From positions 59,148,001 to 59,212,000 of the forward strand of contig OZ024744.1 of the NCBI GenBank assembly GCA_964016885.1: 64,000 nt of DNA, given 5' to 3'. Position numbers and translations under genes: made by a program. The notes beneath the pieces are model-generated. The model saw nothing but the letters and a program-made list of their open reading frames with translations. It was not told the origin of the DNA and searched no databases. Below are positions 62,906 through 64,000 of the stretch, one piece after another (the stretch's first letter is position 1; each line of letters starts with the position of its first letter). The DNA is from Eledone cirrhosa (lineage: Eukaryota).

Positions 62906-63140
62906 TAACCCTCTTGATACCAACCTGGCTCAAATCTCCCTTGGTTCTATGATGAAAAATTATTATTTGTTTTATAATGTCTGTATTTAAATTTAAACTT
63001 ACTTTAATAATTCTATGTAAGAACCTTTAAGTTATATTCCAAGCACCAATAACAACAAAGTTAATTATATTATTAATTCCCTTTAAATTCTTGATTATTT
63101 AAAAAATTATTTGAAAATCATTAGAAATATGGTAATGAAT
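62906..63140. mobile_element. TTAA-bounded (piggyBac-like) non-autonomous element
   Basis: Starts TTAACCC; homologous to 60360-60532. Confidence 0.45.
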
Positions 63141-63169
63141 TTGCAAATGACATGGTGTAACTTAACTCA

Positions 63170-63870
63170 AAAGAAGGTGATCTCTGGCTTACACTTGACA
63201 GCATAGCTGGAATGAAAATCAGTGCAGCAAAAACTGAGGCACTCATCCTCTCAATGAAGCCTGCGCAGTGCATTCTACATGTAATTGGAGTTCCACTGAA
63301 GCAGGTAGAGAAATTTAAGTCTCTTGGGGCTGTATTCATAAGTGATGGAAGGCAGGAGGTTGAATTAAGTGCAGGATCTGGTGCAGTAATGCGCCAGCTT
63401 CAGCATTCAGAAGAAGGGAGGTAGAGGTAAAAGCCAAACTCGCTATCTTCAAATCGGTATTCATGTCAACCCTTACCTAAAGTCATAAATCTTGGGGAAT
63501 GACCAAAAAAATACGATTGTAAATACACCCGAGATTGGGTTTATCCGAAAGGTCTTTGGAATAATGTTACTCAATAGAGTGCATAGTTTGGAGAACAGAG
63601 TGTCACTCCAGCTAGAGCCACTACTTCTCCAAATAGAGAGATTACAGCTCCAATACTATAGGCATGTGGTTAGAATGTCTCAGGAAAGAATCACTGGACA
63701 GATTTTACAGGCAAAACCAGCTGGCAGGAGACTCAGGAGTAGATCTCGAGCAAGATGTTTGGGGTGACAACCAGATCAGCTGGAGACAGTTACTTCTGAC
63801 AGGACCCACTGGAAGGAGTGTTTGAGGACTCTGCCCCCACAACCCTCTCAGGAATAAGTGGGCGAAGAAG
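63170..63870 (+). mobile_element. Decayed RTE (Expander-like) LINE 3' part
   Basis: GMKISAAKTE..LKQVEKFKSLG..KAKLAIFKS..LEPLLLQIERLQLQYYRHVVRM. Confidence 0.8.
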
Positions 63871-64000
63871 TTTAAATAATGTAATCCTTGACACATTATA
63901 AAAAGTAGTAAATTGGCAGAGTTGTTAGAGCATCAGATTAAATGCTTCCCAATATTTTGTATGGGTCTGCACACTGTTTTGAACTTGCAATCTGAATTCA

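Overview
Repeat-dense, AT-rich animal genomic DNA. Microsatellite density and the SINE/LINE repertoire suggest an octopod cephalopod (inference). Only one host gene is supported: a two-exon, 47-aa TOM5-like gene on + (50699-50813 joined to 58216-58244), which the ORF track misses. The rest is mostly transposon relics: a hAT(m)-like transposase; R4/Dong-clade RLE LINEs inserted in (CATA)n; an RTE-derived bipartite non-autonomous element with (ATGT)n tails; two long Tx1-clade LINEs ending at (AAT)n; a Gypsy internal region without visible LTRs; several Penelope-like elements (PLEs); CRE, CR1 and RTE fragments; a mariner fragment; a pogo-type MITE; a non-autonomous Helitron; and tRNA-derived SINEs. 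The most notable unannotated signal is a set of short, (TA)n-flanked fold-back elements carrying type-I hammerhead ribozyme motifs with a palindromic stem III. Two copies look intact (4696-4762 on +, 16315-16385 on -) and several are decayed. A second signal is that retroelement families appear to partition among different microsatellite landing pads. Most short ORFs in the track are microsatellite or antisense artefacts. Family names come from motif recognition by eye, not database searches, and boundaries are approximate.
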